DNA of 64,000 nucleotides from an uncultured bacterium (GTDB lineage: Bacteria > Patescibacteriota > Minisyncoccia > Phycocordibacterales > UBA11359): contig CAIKZC010000005.1 of NCBI GenBank assembly GCA_903831815.1, positions 69 to 64,068 of the forward strand, given 5' to 3'. Below, in pieces: positions 1 through 10,857 of this stretch. Both the position numbers and the translations under genes were made by a program. The notes under the pieces are model-generated. The model made no database searches, was not told the DNA's origin, and saw only the letters and a list, made by a program, of their open reading frames with translations. The stretch's first letter is position 1, and every line of letters begins with the position of its first letter.

Positions 1-658
<658 letters not shown>

Positions 659-1876
659 CAATCTGGTCCCCTCTGGCGGTGACGCTAGAGAGTAAATTTG
701 GCTATATGCTGGAATATCTGAGTATTGAGCATTACTTTTTCTTTATATATAATTATATATAATTATAGAGAGAAAGTGAAAATATGTCTCATGCAGACAA
801 TCAGCAGGGAAGACTTATTAGTGTATTGAATAATGGATAAAGAGATTGTTCGTTGGATTCTAGAGTCTAGCGAACTATGCTGATTTGAAGAAATAGAAAG
901 TATGCGCGGGTCGCCCAGCTTTCTGACTTCAGCAAAGAAGTCTCTCTTTTCATTCCGGATGGTAGCAGACCACTGTCCATCCGGTCCATTATTCAATACA
1001 CTAATAAGAACCCTCAGAGACTATACGCCAAATATCTTACTATGAATAAAGCTACGGCAACTCTTATTGGAATTCTATTTACTGACGGCTGTCTTTCACC
1101 GAAAGGTAAAAACAGCTGGCGGTTTTACTTCAGCAATAAATCGGAAAAATTAATCTCTGTATTTCGAGATTGTATGATGCAAGTTTTTGCATTACCAACT
1201 ACTCGTATTCGTCTGGGTTTTACCCAAGATGGATTATACAGAGCAATTGTTGATTCTAAATCAGCGGGTGAATTATTTACCCAAAGATTTGGGACATTCC
1301 GAACATTGAAATATCACACAGGTGAGCTTACAAAAGCACATCTGCCGGTCAAAGAACTTCTTCAGCACAATGTTGCTGATGATTTTCTACGAGCGGCGTT
1401 TAGTTGTGACGGTGGAGTAAATTTGTATGCGGCTAGGCGTAGAAAAGGAAAACGCGAAACACTATGGTTGATTCGCGGAGTGTACCTTGCTTGTGCCCAT
1501 CCAATACTTCGAAATGAGTATTCTAATCTTCTGAAAGCACTAGGCGTTAATTCGCGTAATGTTGAGGGAGATGGAAAAATAAAAATAGAAACCAAGAAAG
1601 ATATACAAGTTTTCTATCAGAAAGTAGGATTTATTGAAGGTGTGCAAATAACACATACTTCTAAATTCTGGCCAAAGATAGAAAAGCAAAAATTACTTGA
1701 GAAAGTTATAAATTCTTATAACGATCCCAAGAGTGTGTATTTGTTGCCGCAATTTATTAAGTAAGATAATGATATAGTCCGGCCTCTATGGCGACATAGA
1801 GAGTTAAAGTAATTATTGGGTACTTTGACATTCTTCATTTCAATTTGATTAAGGAAATTTAGAATTAACATGTATG
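659..1876 (+). mobile_element. Intervening sequence (probable self-splicing intron) inside the 16S gene, carrying a homing-endonuclease ORF
   Basis: 16S similarity is lost after nt 658 and resumes at about 1877 with TAGATACCCCAGTAGTCCACGCC, the 785-805 region. The insert contains an ORF with two LAGLIDADG motifs, an (ATATATAATT)2 tandem repeat, and a perfect 24-bp inverted repeat (CTTATTAGTGTATTGAATAATGGA / TCCATTATTCAATACACTAATAAG) flanking about 120 nt. Boundaries are good to about +/-5 nt. Confidence 0.75.
1042..1764 (+). CDS. LAGLIDADG family homing endonuclease (double-motif, monomeric type) encoded in the 16S intron
   Basis: 240 aa. Motif 1 LIGILFTDGCLS and motif 2 LRAAFSCDGGVNL match LAGLIDADG/GIY-type spacing. 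Location inside an rRNA intron is typical for this family. Confidence 0.8.
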   Translation: MNKATATLIGILFTDGCLSPKGKNSWRFYFSNKSEKLISVFRDCMMQVFALPTTRIRLGFTQDGLYRAIVDSKSAGELFTQRFGTFRTLKYHTGELTKAHLPVKELLQHNVADDFLRAAFSCDGGVNLYAARRRKGKRETLWLIRGVYLACAHPILRNEYSNLLKALGVNSRNVEGDGKIKIETKKDIQVFYQKVGFIEGVQITHTSKFWPKIEKQKLLEKVINSYNDPKSVYLLPQFIK

Positions 1877-2645
<769 letters not shown>

Positions 2646-2796
2646 CAACGGTATTGTCACTTCGGTGGCACATACCTTATCGAGTCGATATTGTGGGTCT
2701 CGATCGAGTCCATAATGGATTTAGTAGCATCCTAAAAGCTACTGGACGATCAGGAAAGACTGGTAGAACGGAACAAAACAAAGAGTGGTATACAAC

Positions 2797-2838
2797 AAAA
2801 AACTTCGCCTTTAAACGGGCGAAGTTTTTTGTTTTCTC
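2797..2838 (+). terminator. Rho-independent terminator downstream of 16S
   Basis: AAACTTCGCC-TTTAAAC-GGGCGAAGTTT hairpin followed by TTTTTGTTTT. No 23S or tRNA follows. Confidence 0.7.
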
Positions 2839-2927
2839 AAAATTTTAAAAAAATATTAAATAAAAAAACACCACCGCGCCGATGAGGGCAAGGTGATGCT
2901 ACTTGTTGGTGTATCTTCGGGTATTGA

Positions 2928-3635
2928 TTATTGTGTTGGGGCTTCCTTCGGCAGATAAGCCTCATAACCACCATCGCGTAAGAAACCCAATGGTCTGAAC
3001 GGTTCGAGAACATTGAGTGCCGTGATTAGTTCTGGAATGAGGTATTTACGATCCATCTGTCCATATTCAATCATGACCGGATCTGCTACTTCTGGTTCGC
3101 TCTTTTGGCGTAAGAGCTGACTGTTTCCTTCCATGGCCAGCTGAACCAGATGGTCGTTTATGTGTCCACGCAGGTCTTCTGGGTCTGCACAAAGAACATA
3201 GTCGTCCGAACATCTGACACCTGCGCCACATACCTTGTAGTGCACATATTGGTAGGCTTTGCCAAGTTTCTCCACTTCTTCGTTTGGAGTGATTTTGTAG
3301 AGAAAACAGCAAAAGGCTCCAATAACGGAGAAGAACAGAAGTTGTGATGAAATCAGGATCAGTGCCAGCGATGGGTCTTTTCCGGTCCAAGTCTGGCTGA
3401 AGCCCAGACTCCACTCGAGATAGATAGTTGCTGACAGAAGGAGACATAAAATCAGGCAAATGAAACCGTAGCGGTGAATCCGGCGATTTCGATTGTAAGC
3501 ATTCATTGTGTCTCTGGTAGGATTGACACCCTTCGTACGCTCTTGCCACTCCACGCACAGTTCTTCGTTCACCAAGCCTTCCTGAATCAGTTCACGGAAG
3601 GTAAGCTCGCGACTCTTTCGTTCATGAACTTTCAT
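2928..3635 (-). CDS. Hypothetical membrane protein (GC-rich cassette A')
   Basis: 235 aa ORF with two predicted TM segments. It is GC-enriched relative to neighbours. Own promoter TTGCAA-17-TATGGT and SD AGGAGG 5 nt before the ATG. Divergent from cassette A. Confidence 0.55.
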   Translation of the reverse strand: MKVHERKSRELTFRELIQEGLVNEELCVEWQERTKGVNPTRDTMNAYNRNRRIHRYGFICLILCLLLSATIYLEWSLGFSQTWTGKDPSLALILISSQLLFFSVIGAFCCFLYKITPNEEVEKLGKAYQYVHYKVCGAGVRCSDDYVLCADPEDLRGHINDHLVQLAMEGNSQLLRQKSEPEVADPVMIEYGQMDRKYLIPELITALNVLEPFRPLGFLRDGGYEAYLPKEAPTQ

Positions 3636-3729
3636 AGAACCTCCTGTAAAAGGACGTCTTCAACCCATAACTCTGGTCAGACCATACAATATTTATTGAA
3701 ATATTGCAATAGTTTAGTTTTTTAAAAAA

Positions 3730-3757
3730 TTGACATTTGTATATACTCTGATATAAT
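3730..3757 (+). promoter_or_regulatory. Near-consensus sigma70 promoter for cassette A
   Basis: TTGACA-16nt-TATAAT, followed by an about 80-nt leader and SD TAGGAGAATACC-ATG. A CAATATTTATTGAAATATTG palindrome sits just upstream and overlaps the divergent A' promoter. Confidence 0.65.
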
Positions 3758-3842
3758 TTTGTTAGAAATGTTTGAAAAGAGGATAGACTGCGATTTTCGC
3801 AGCCACTCCGATTAAAACATCGTTCTCTGCTAGGAGAATACC

Positions 3843-4514
3843 ATGACCATGTCAATGGGCATGACCCAGAGTCTGAAGCCGGAAATGTCGCTTCGGCAGA
3901 CTCTGAAAGCCGAACAGCGACAGGAGATGGTGGCGTCCATGACTTTGAGCATTCGGCTCGAGTTGGTCGCAGCCCTGCACAACGGACCTAACGGCACCAC
4001 AACCATCAGACCGATGGCGAGTTGTGTCCATTGCGGTCGCAATCTCACACCGCTCGAGATCATTAAGGGATTCAACAACGACCCGAATGATTTCTCGACG
4101 GCATGCACTGGATGTAAGCGGCGTTTCGATCCGACGCTAGTCTGGCATGATAACGTTGGCTCCATCGAATTGCCGTTCTACTGCAATATGCAGACTCAGT
4201 CGCGACTCGCTGGTCTAGAGACTTTGAGTCCTGTGGATTTCAAGGCGAAGGAACCGGCCCTCTACCACAGTGCGATTGTGCATAACGGCACGCTCAAGGC
4301 AGCTTTCCAACGGCTTAACATCGAATACTCGTTTGTGGAGATCACTGATCCAGCTATCAAGGTGAAACAGTTCCTTGGTAGGTTGCCAGACACGATCATC
4401 GCAGAAGTGTCTGGTCTCAAGCTTGCTGTCGTTCGGCGTCTGCGCAAAAAGTATCGCATCAAAGCATGTACTCAACGTGTGATGCTGGAGCAAGCCCAGG
4501 AATCTGTGGCGTAG
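3843..4514 (+). CDS. Hypothetical protein with CxxC...CxxC zinc-ribbon (GC-rich cassette A)
   Basis: 223 aa ORF, GC-enriched. CVHCGRN...ACTGCKRRF zinc ribbon. Strong SD. Confidence 0.6.
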   Translation: MTMSMGMTQSLKPEMSLRQTLKAEQRQEMVASMTLSIRLELVAALHNGPNGTTTIRPMASCVHCGRNLTPLEIIKGFNNDPNDFSTACTGCKRRFDPTLVWHDNVGSIELPFYCNMQTQSRLAGLETLSPVDFKAKEPALYHSAIVHNGTLKAAFQRLNIEYSFVEITDPAIKVKQFLGRLPDTIIAEVSGLKLAVVRRLRKKYRIKACTQRVMLEQAQESVA

Positions 4515-4536
4515 TTGCGTATCACTACCAACAATA

Positions 4537-4576
4537 CCCACTCAAAGTCAAAGGACTGCGAGTGGGTTCTTTTTTA
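4537..4576 (+). terminator. Rho-independent terminator of cassette A
   Basis: ACCCACTC-...-GAGTGGGT stem followed by TCTTTTTT. Confidence 0.7.
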
Positions 4577-4663
4577 CTCCTCTTTCATTACGCAGTTTCA
4601 TGTTTCTTCAAGATACGGATTAAACTTGCTTGGTTTGGCAAAGCATGATAAAGTACTAAAACC

Positions 4664-4909
4664 ATGAAAAAAGATATCCATCCAACATACCAGGACGCCA
4701 AAGTGATCTGCGCTTGCGGTGCGACTTTTACTGTTGGTTCAACCAAAAAAGACATCAATATTGAAATCTGCAGTACTTGCCATCCATTCTATTCTGGCAC
4801 AGAGAAGTCCCTAGACGCTGCTGGTCGCGTTGAGAAATTTAAAGCTCGAGCTGCAAAAACCGTTGTCAAAACTCCAAAAGCCAAAAAGGCAGCTCCAAAA
4901 GCTGAATAG
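4664..4909 (+). CDS. rpmE: 50S ribosomal protein L31
   Basis: MKKDIHPTY...CACG...F...[12 protein letters not shown] is the L31 signature with its Cys pairs. Confidence 0.92.
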   Translation: MKKDIHPTYQDAKVICACGATFTVGSTKKDINIEICSTCHPFYSGTEKSLDAAGRVEKFKARAAKTVVKTPKAKKAAPKAE

Positions 4910-5902
4910 ATGTTGGATTTAACGAAATACAAACAGAATAAAAAGACAAGCTATCTTGCCGATAGTTTTGAGGATTTGGAGCGACGTGAAGCCGAACTGG
5001 TGTCTCTTTCTGCCAGCGATCCGTCCATGAAAGAATTAGCCGAAAGTGATTTGGCTGATTTTGCTGTGCAGAAAAAAGAACTTCTCGCTCAAATGGATTC
5101 AATTTTGAAAGCGGACGAAGAGGAAGAGGAGTTTCCCAATGAAATCGTCATGGAAATCCGAGCCGGAGCCGGAGGTGATGAAGCGGCGCTCTTTGCACGC
5201 AAGTTGGCTGACATGTACCAAGCTTTTGCGGTGCTTCAAGGGTGGGGAACTCGTATTTTGGATGAGTCAAAAACCGCTATTGATGGTTACAAGTTGGTCT
5301 CTATAGAAATTCGCGGCAAGGATGTCTACAAAAAGATGCGATACGAAACTGGCGTGCATCGTATTCAACGTGTGCCAGAAACGGAAAAGATGGGTCGCGT
5401 TCATACTTCGACGGCATCGGTCGCTGTGCTTCCAATGCGTAAAAAAATAAAGTATGAAATAAATCCTGCCGATATAGATATCGAATTTTCTCGAGCCGGA
5501 GGCAAAGGTGGGCAGAACGTCAACAAGGTTGAGTCGGCTGTGCGTATTGTGCATAAACCAACTGGTCTTGAGGTGCGCGCTACTACCGAACGTAGTCAGG
5601 GTGCCAACAAAGAGGCGGCTATGAACTTGCTCGGTGCCAAACTTCAAGCTCTTAAAGAAGAGGAAGATGCTAAGAAATATTCTAAGGAGCGTAAGGATCA
5701 AATTGGTACAGGTGACCGTTCGGAAAAAATCCGCACATACAACATTTTACAGGACCGTATCACTGACCATCGGCTCAAAAAATCATGGCACAATATTAGT
5801 GTAATTTTTGAAGGTCAATTAGGTGACATTATCGATTCTCTTGCCTCAGGCAAGCCTGCTGAAGGGTCCTCTGATGAAGATGTTTCTGAAAGCGAAGAAT
5901 AA
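4910..5902 (+). CDS. prfA: Peptide chain release factor 1
   Basis: GGQ motif RAGGKGGQNVNKVESAVRIVHKPTG. RF1-type tripeptide region QRVPETE (PxT-like). Start codon abuts the rpmE stop. Confidence 0.88.
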   Translation: MLDLTKYKQNKKTSYLADSFEDLERREAELVSLSASDPSMKELAESDLADFAVQKKELLAQMDSILKADEEEEEFPNEIVMEIRAGAGGDEAALFARKLADMYQAFAVLQGWGTRILDESKTAIDGYKLVSIEIRGKDVYKKMRYETGVHRIQRVPETEKMGRVHTSTASVAVLPMRKKIKYEINPADIDIEFSRAGGKGGQNVNKVESAVRIVHKPTGLEVRATTERSQGANKEAAMNLLGAKLQALKEEEDAKKYSKERKDQIGTGDRSEKIRTYNILQDRITDHRLKKSWHNISVIFEGQLGDIIDSLASGKPAEGSSDEDVSESEE

Positions 5903-5990
5903 GCCCTTTTGAGGGACTCACGGAAGGCGACGGCCTGAGTGTGAAGGAAATTTCCAGCAGGAAATTTACCTGTGCCCTCAAAAGGGCTTA
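5901..5990 (+). repeat. Palindromic intergenic element, copy 1 (core in B orientation)
   Basis: Outer stem AAGCCCTTTTGAGGG / CCCTCAAAAGGGCTT. Core contains AAATTTCC-AGCA-GGAAATTT and GGCGACGGCC hairpins. The core is the reverse complement of the core at 50300, identical over about 35 nt. Confidence 0.8.
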
Positions 5991-6041
5991 TTCGTAGCTT
6001 TCTGTTGCATTCCTAGGCATTATCTGCTAAAATCGTCGGAT

Positions 6042-6797
6042 ATGTCAGAAATTCAAAACAAAAACGCAACACTAGTGGAATCGATGTTTAAAGCTGGAAG
6101 TCATTTTGCTTACACCCGCGCACGACGCCACCCCACAGCAGCACCCTTCATTTTTGGCCTCAAAAACCGTGTCGAGATTTTCGATTTGGAGAAAACCAGT
6201 GAAAAGTTAGTTGAAGCCAAAGGATTCATCGCTTCTTGCGCACGAACAGGTAAAAAAGTCTTGTTTGTCGGTACCAAGAACGAAGCCCGAGACGCAGTTC
6301 TACGAATCGCTTCAGCTTTGGAAATGCCTTATGTTAACCTCCGATGGATCGGTGGCACTCTCACAAACTTCCCACAAATTCGAAAGAGAATTGATAAATA
6401 TGAGGATCTGATGGCAAAGCGTGAAAAAGGCGAGTTGGTAAAATACACGAAGAAAGAGCGCTTGCTTATCGATCGTGAAATCGCCAAACTTGAAAACTCT
6501 TTTTTAGGAATTGTGTCCATGAAAGAAATGCCGGCTGCCGTAGTGATTGTTGATTCAGAAAAAGAGCACATTGCTTTGGCTGAAATTAAAAAACAAGGTA
6601 TTCCGGTCATCGCTATTTGCGGTTCTGATTGCAATCTAAAAAAAGTTACATATCCTATCCCAGCTAACGACAGCGCAAAGGCTAGCGTTGAATTTCTCCT
6701 AAAAGAGCTGTCAGCTGCGTATACAGAAGGAACGAAAGAAGCGGCAAAAGCAAGAATAACAGAAGTAAAAGTTGCAACAGTCGAAGTTAAAAAGTAA
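6042..6797 (+). CDS. rpsB: 30S ribosomal protein S2
   Basis: N-terminal FKAGSHFAYTRARRHP and VLFVGTK...RWIGGTLTN are S2 signatures. Leaderless or SD-less start. Confidence 0.92.
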   Translation: MSEIQNKNATLVESMFKAGSHFAYTRARRHPTAAPFIFGLKNRVEIFDLEKTSEKLVEAKGFIASCARTGKKVLFVGTKNEARDAVLRIASALEMPYVNLRWIGGTLTNFPQIRKRIDKYEDLMAKREKGELVKYTKKERLLIDREIAKLENSFLGIVSMKEMPAAVVIVDSEKEHIALAEIKKQGIPVIAICGSDCNLKKVTYPIPANDSAKASVEFLLKELSAAYTEGTKEAAKARITEVKVATVEVKK

Positions 6798-6812
6798 TTT
6801 TAAAAAAACTCC

Positions 6813-7394
6813 ATGGTTACACTTGATCAAATCAAGTCACTTAGAGAGGCCACTGGTCTTTCGGTGATGCAAGTTAAAAAAGCACTTGAGGAAGCTGACG
6901 GTGATCCGGCTAAGGCCCTCGCTCTTCTTAAGAAAAAGAGTAAAGATGTTGCCGCTAAAAAAGCCGACCGTAAATTTAATGCCGGCGCTATGGCTGCGTA
7001 TATCCACAACAAAGGTGCCGTTGGTGCCATGGTTGAGCTTTTGTGCGAGACTGATTTCGTTTCAGGTAACGAGGGTTTTCAGAAGCTGGTATATGACATT
7101 GCTTTGCATGTCGCTGCGGCCAATCCGGAGTTCAACACTTTGGCTGATATTACTGATGCAGTCAAAGAATCCACTCGAGAATTGTTCATCAAAGAAGTTG
7201 AAGGAAAACCAAAAGATCTGCAAGAAAAAATCTTGCAAGGCAAACTCGATGCATATTTCAAAGAACGCGTTTTGGCTGAACAAATGTTCGTAAAAAATCC
7301 GGATATCACTATTACAGATTTGATCAATGAATCGATCCACAAGTTCGGCGAGAAGATCGCTGTCGGGCGATTTGTTCGTTTTTCAATAAAATAG
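6813..7394 (+). CDS. tsf: Elongation factor Ts (short form)
   Basis: IKSLREATGLSVMQVKKALEEADGDPAKALALLKKK matches the UBA-like N-terminus of EF-Ts. Gene order rpsB-tsf. Confidence 0.9.
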   Translation: MVTLDQIKSLREATGLSVMQVKKALEEADGDPAKALALLKKKSKDVAAKKADRKFNAGAMAAYIHNKGAVGAMVELLCETDFVSGNEGFQKLVYDIALHVAAANPEFNTLADITDAVKESTRELFIKEVEGKPKDLQEKILQGKLDAYFKERVLAEQMFVKNPDITITDLINESIHKFGEKIAVGRFVRFSIK

Positions 7395-7395
7395 T

Positions 7396-7776
7396 ATGAT
7401 AATCGCACTCGTCATATTGATACTTTCATTTTTGGCGATGACAGCAATGATTATAGCCAAGAATTATGAGTCCAAAGCCGGTCGGCAGGTCTTGGCAGTC
7501 AAAGCTCGTGATTGGACGGAGAAACAGGTACGCCAAAGTGCACATGTTGCGCGGGGCGTAGTGCAAGTGGCGGTCACCAAACATTTTTGGACCGGTTTAT
7601 CGTCATTTTTTTGGCAATCGTTTGTCGAAAAAGTTTGGCGACACCCACGAGTTCAAAATGTAGCCAAAAAAGCCAATGATGTGGTAAGAGGCAAGAAAGA
7701 GATAAAATCCACCGGTCCGGTTTCGTTTTATCTCAAAGATGTAAGCGATTACAAGGAACAAGTGAAGTCGAAGTAG
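7396..7776 (+). CDS. Hypothetical small membrane protein
   Basis: 126 aa with an N-terminal hydrophobic segment. No recognisable motif. Confidence 0.45.
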   Translation: MIIALVILILSFLAMTAMIIAKNYESKAGRQVLAVKARDWTEKQVRQSAHVARGVVQVAVTKHFWTGLSSFFWQSFVEKVWRHPRVQNVAKKANDVVRGKKEIKSTGPVSFYLKDVSDYKEQVKSK

Positions 7777-7834
7777 AAATAGGTTGTTGGTCGGTCAAAA
7801 TTGTGTTATCTTGTTGAAGTTGAAAATAGATATT

Positions 7835-7907
7835 GCCACCTTAGCTCATTCGGTAGAGCGCCACTTTTGTAAAGTGGATGCGCCCAGTTCGAATCTGGGA
7901 GGTGGCT
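7835..7907 (+). tRNA. tRNA-Thr (anticodon UGU)
   Basis: 73-nt cloverleaf. Acceptor GCCACCT/AGGTGGC, D stem GCTC/GAGC, anticodon stem CCACT/AGTGG with loop TTTGTAA (UGU), T arm CCCAG-TTCGAAT-CTGGG. CCA is not encoded. Confidence 0.88.
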
Positions 7908-7970
7908 CAGTAAAGTTCCTACTGTGTATAAAGTACATATCAATACAATCTTTTGGTGTATTTTATATAC

Positions 7971-8390
7971 ATGAAAAAAGAAAGATATTGTGTTGGTTGT
8001 AATAAATTATTGATTGAAAAATACAAAATAAAGTATTGTTCAAATCAATGTCAGATGTTTTATCAGCATAGAAAATGGATAAAATTATGGAAAGCTGGAT
8101 TACTGAAGGGTGATCGGGGAATAACAACAAAAAATATTTCCAAACATCTCCGAGGATATTTAATCGAAAAATTTAAAAATAAATGTTCCGAATGTGGTTG
8201 GGCTAAAAAGCATCCGATCACTGGAATTGTTCCATTGGATATCGAACATGTAGATGGAAATTCTGAAAATAATAATGAAGAAAATTTGAAATTGCTTTGT
8301 CCGAATTGTCATTCTTTAACACAGTTTTACAAAAATTTAAATAGGGGAAAGGGGAGAAAGTGGAGAATAAACAAGTATATCAAAAACTAA
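7971..8390 (+). CDS. HNH endonuclease (free-standing, extremely AT-rich)
   Basis: N-terminal CVGC...C..C zinc finger. IEHVDGNSENNNEENLKLLCPNCH is a textbook HNH/His-Me motif. Lies immediately 3' of tRNA-Thr. Alternative start at 7953. Confidence 0.75.
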   Translation: MKKERYCVGCNKLLIEKYKIKYCSNQCQMFYQHRKWIKLWKAGLLKGDRGITTKNISKHLRGYLIEKFKNKCSECGWAKKHPITGIVPLDIEHVDGNSENNNEENLKLLCPNCHSLTQFYKNLNRGKGRKWRINKYIKN

Positions 8391-8471
8391 AACGTTTTCT
8401 TTTCGTTGTGTTATAATTTCTGCAACAAACGGCTTTAAAAGAACGTGTATTACTAATTAATATTTAAAAAA

Positions 8472-8867
8472 ATGAGTTATCACACAAATATTATTAAGGA
8501 GACGGAGTCTAATAATAATTTCAGACGTGTATTATTTACCGGCCACAAAAGTCAGTTGGTTGTTATGAGTATTCCTACGGGTGGGGAAGTTGGAGAAGAG
8601 ATTCATAAATATACCGAGCAGATACTCTTCTTTCTCTCCGGCACAGGTACAGGGTCTCTTGATGATGAGAAATTTGCCATTGGTGCCGGTGATGTTGTGG
8701 TTGTGACGCCAGGCACGAAACATAATTTCGTGAACACCGGAATAGAAGATTTAAAAATTTATACCGTCTATGCTCCACCAAATCACATCGATGGACGTAT
8801 TCATGCCACCAAAGCTGATGCTGATGCAGATATGGAAGATGAAGCGATAGGAGAGAATGTGCAATAG
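8472..8867 (+). CDS. Cupin domain protein
   Basis: 131 aa. G(X)5HXH-like and GD...G...H motifs of the cupin barrel: HKSQ...GEVGEEIH... and GDVVVVTPGTKHNFVN. Confidence 0.6.
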   Translation: MSYHTNIIKETESNNNFRRVLFTGHKSQLVVMSIPTGGEVGEEIHKYTEQILFFLSGTGTGSLDDEKFAIGAGDVVVVTPGTKHNFVNTGIEDLKIYTVYAPPNHIDGRIHATKADADADMEDEAIGENVQ

Positions 8868-8884
8868 TGCTTCTCGAGTGTCTT

Positions 8885-9553
8885 TTACTTCTTAATACTT
8901 GTTGCACTTGTACTTGATGCGATAGGCAATAGTGGCTTAATTATTTTTTCTACCGCATCGCTCGACATAAAACCGTTATATGTTTTCCCATTTATAATAA
9001 GTGCGGGTAGTGTTGTCGGAATTTTATTGAGGCTGATTAATGTTTTTACGGCCGATAGATCGAGATTATAATCAAAAGTGTAAGTACGAAGACCTGGGTA
9101 TGTATCACGCAGGTATGTCAAAACATAGCCTTGTTTCTGACATTCTTGGCAATCGTTGGCGTAGAAGTAAACAATCGAAACCGGTTTTAGTTTGCATTCC
9201 TTGCCGTATGCGCTCATCAACAAATAATCCTTAATTTGCAAAATGGAGTAATATTTCTTGAGCTGGATCACTTCCGCATTGTCTGTTCCGATTTGAGTTT
9301 CCATTGAGCTTAATCTGCTGCCTAGAGTATCAAGTTCATCTGCCAAGATTGAATCATCCAGTTGGTTGCAGGAAGATTGTTTTAAAATATCGAATTGTGT
9401 TTCTGATGAAAGAAGGTCGATGGCGATCTGGTCTTCGGTGGCTTTGATGTCGGCCGTTTTCTTATTGGCAAAATAATTTGAAAGATAAAATGCGGTGACA
9501 AAAAGCAGAGAAGTAATGATAAAAGTGATTATGTATTTTGAAATATTTTTCAT
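8885..9553 (-). CDS. Membrane-anchored thioredoxin-like (DsbA/TlpA-like) protein
   Basis: N-terminal TM helix. YFYANDCQECQKQG carries a CxxC redox motif. Confidence 0.55.
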   Translation of the reverse strand: MKNISKYIITFIITSLLFVTAFYLSNYFANKKTADIKATEDQIAIDLLSSETQFDILKQSSCNQLDDSILADELDTLGSRLSSMETQIGTDNAEVIQLKKYYSILQIKDYLLMSAYGKECKLKPVSIVYFYANDCQECQKQGYVLTYLRDTYPGLRTYTFDYNLDLSAVKTLISLNKIPTTLPALIINGKTYNGFMSSDAVEKIIKPLLPIASSTSATSIKK

Positions 9554-9575
9554 TTTAATGAATTTATCAATTCTA

Positions 9576-10841
9576 TTATCGCCATTTGGTCTTTTTACCG
9601 AAAATCGTATTGTAAACTGATTTGCCGACCCATAAAGGAGCGATAAAAGGATAAATGATTATAAAGTAAATGATTTCTTTTGAAAATAGTTTTTCGTCCG
9701 AGATTTTTCGACCGATCACTAAGAGGGTTAACATTAAAGCTATTACCGTTAATCCGACGAATAGACTCGTTTTTGTGCTGAAATAAATAAAACTTGGATC
9801 AAAATGAAAATTGAAATGAAATCCAATAGTCATGATCCTTAGAATAAAATTGTAAATCCTTTCTACTACGTTCCAAACGGTCAAACATATCGTGCCTATC
9901 ACGGTCATAATCGATACGGCGGCAAAGGGAAGAGTAAAGAATGCGATGTTGCCATATTCCTTTTTGAAGAACAACGCTTTATAATCGATGGCATTTTCTA
10001 TGAAGCCGTGCGTCCATCTAACGCGTTGTTTGTAAAGTTTTTTAATTGTGTTTGGGCCGACCGTATAAATATAAGCTTTATGGCAATTCTCGATTTTCAA
10101 ATGATTTTTATGCATTCTGAGCGCTATCTCCATGTCTTCGGTATTGTGCGCATGCTTGAACATACCGATCTTTTGGAAAACTTCACGTCTAAAAATTGTA
10201 AAAGGTCCGGGAGTGACGTGGATTGCATTCAAATAGCAGAATATCTTTTTGATCATTATGCCTAATTGGTATTCGATATATTGGGCGCACTGAATAAAAC
10301 TTTTAGGTTTAAATATTTTAATGGCCGGAGTTACGGCCATGGTCTCTTTATTGTTGAAATATGGAACCATTCGTTTTAAAGCATTTTTATCAACAAACGA
10401 ATCCGCGTCTAAACAACCGATCAGGTCTGATGTGTTTCGTTCGATCCCGTAATTAAGGGCGGTGTACTTTCCGCCGTTTTCTTTTTTATAAATACTGATC
10501 TGCGGATTTTGAACAAACTTTTGAATATATTGCCAGGTGTTGTCAGTCGATCCGTCGTCCACGACGATAATGGAAAACTTGTCTTTTGGATAATCCATCG
10601 ATAAAAGCGAGTGGATGGTGCCTTCGACGGTTTTTTCTTCGTTAAAACAGGGGATAATGATGGTTGCACTGGGGAAATTAGTGACTTTGTCGTCCATAGT
10701 GGCGTTTTCTTGACGGAGTTTGTTTTTGTGTTCTAACAAAGTTACCATCAGAAAAACTTCAAAATATGTGGCAATGAACATACTGACATAGATGAAAATT
10801 GATTGAATGGAAGGGTATTCCATGAATGTGAATATACCCAT
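9576..10841 (-). CDS. Family 2 glycosyltransferase, integral membrane (start uncertain: TTG at 10871 or ATG at 10841/10823)
   Basis: IIIPCFNEEKTVEGTIHSL...FSIIVVDDGSTDNT is the GT-A fold. CLDADS is a DxD-like motif. Multiple C-terminal TM segments follow, as in synthase-type GT2 enzymes. Confidence 0.8.
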   Translation of the reverse strand: MGIFTFMEYPSIQSIFIYVSMFIATYFEVFLMVTLLEHKNKLRQENATMDDKVTNFPSATIIIPCFNEEKTVEGTIHSLLSMDYPKDKFSIIVVDDGSTDNTWQYIQKFVQNPQISIYKKENGGKYTALNYGIERNTSDLIGCLDADSFVDKNALKRMVPYFNNKETMAVTPAIKIFKPKSFIQCAQYIEYQLGIMIKKIFCYLNAIHVTPGPFTIFRREVFQKIGMFKHAHNTEDMEIALRMHKNHLKIENCHKAYIYTVGPNTIKKLYKQRVRWTHGFIENAIDYKALFFKKEYGNIAFFTLPFAAVSIMTVIGTICLTVWNVVERIYNFILRIMTIGFHFNFHFDPSFIYFSTKTSLFVGLTVIALMLTLLVIGRKISDEKLFSKEIIYFIIIYPFIAPLWVGKSVYNTIFGKKTKWR

Positions 10842-10857
10842 ATAGTATACATTTTTC

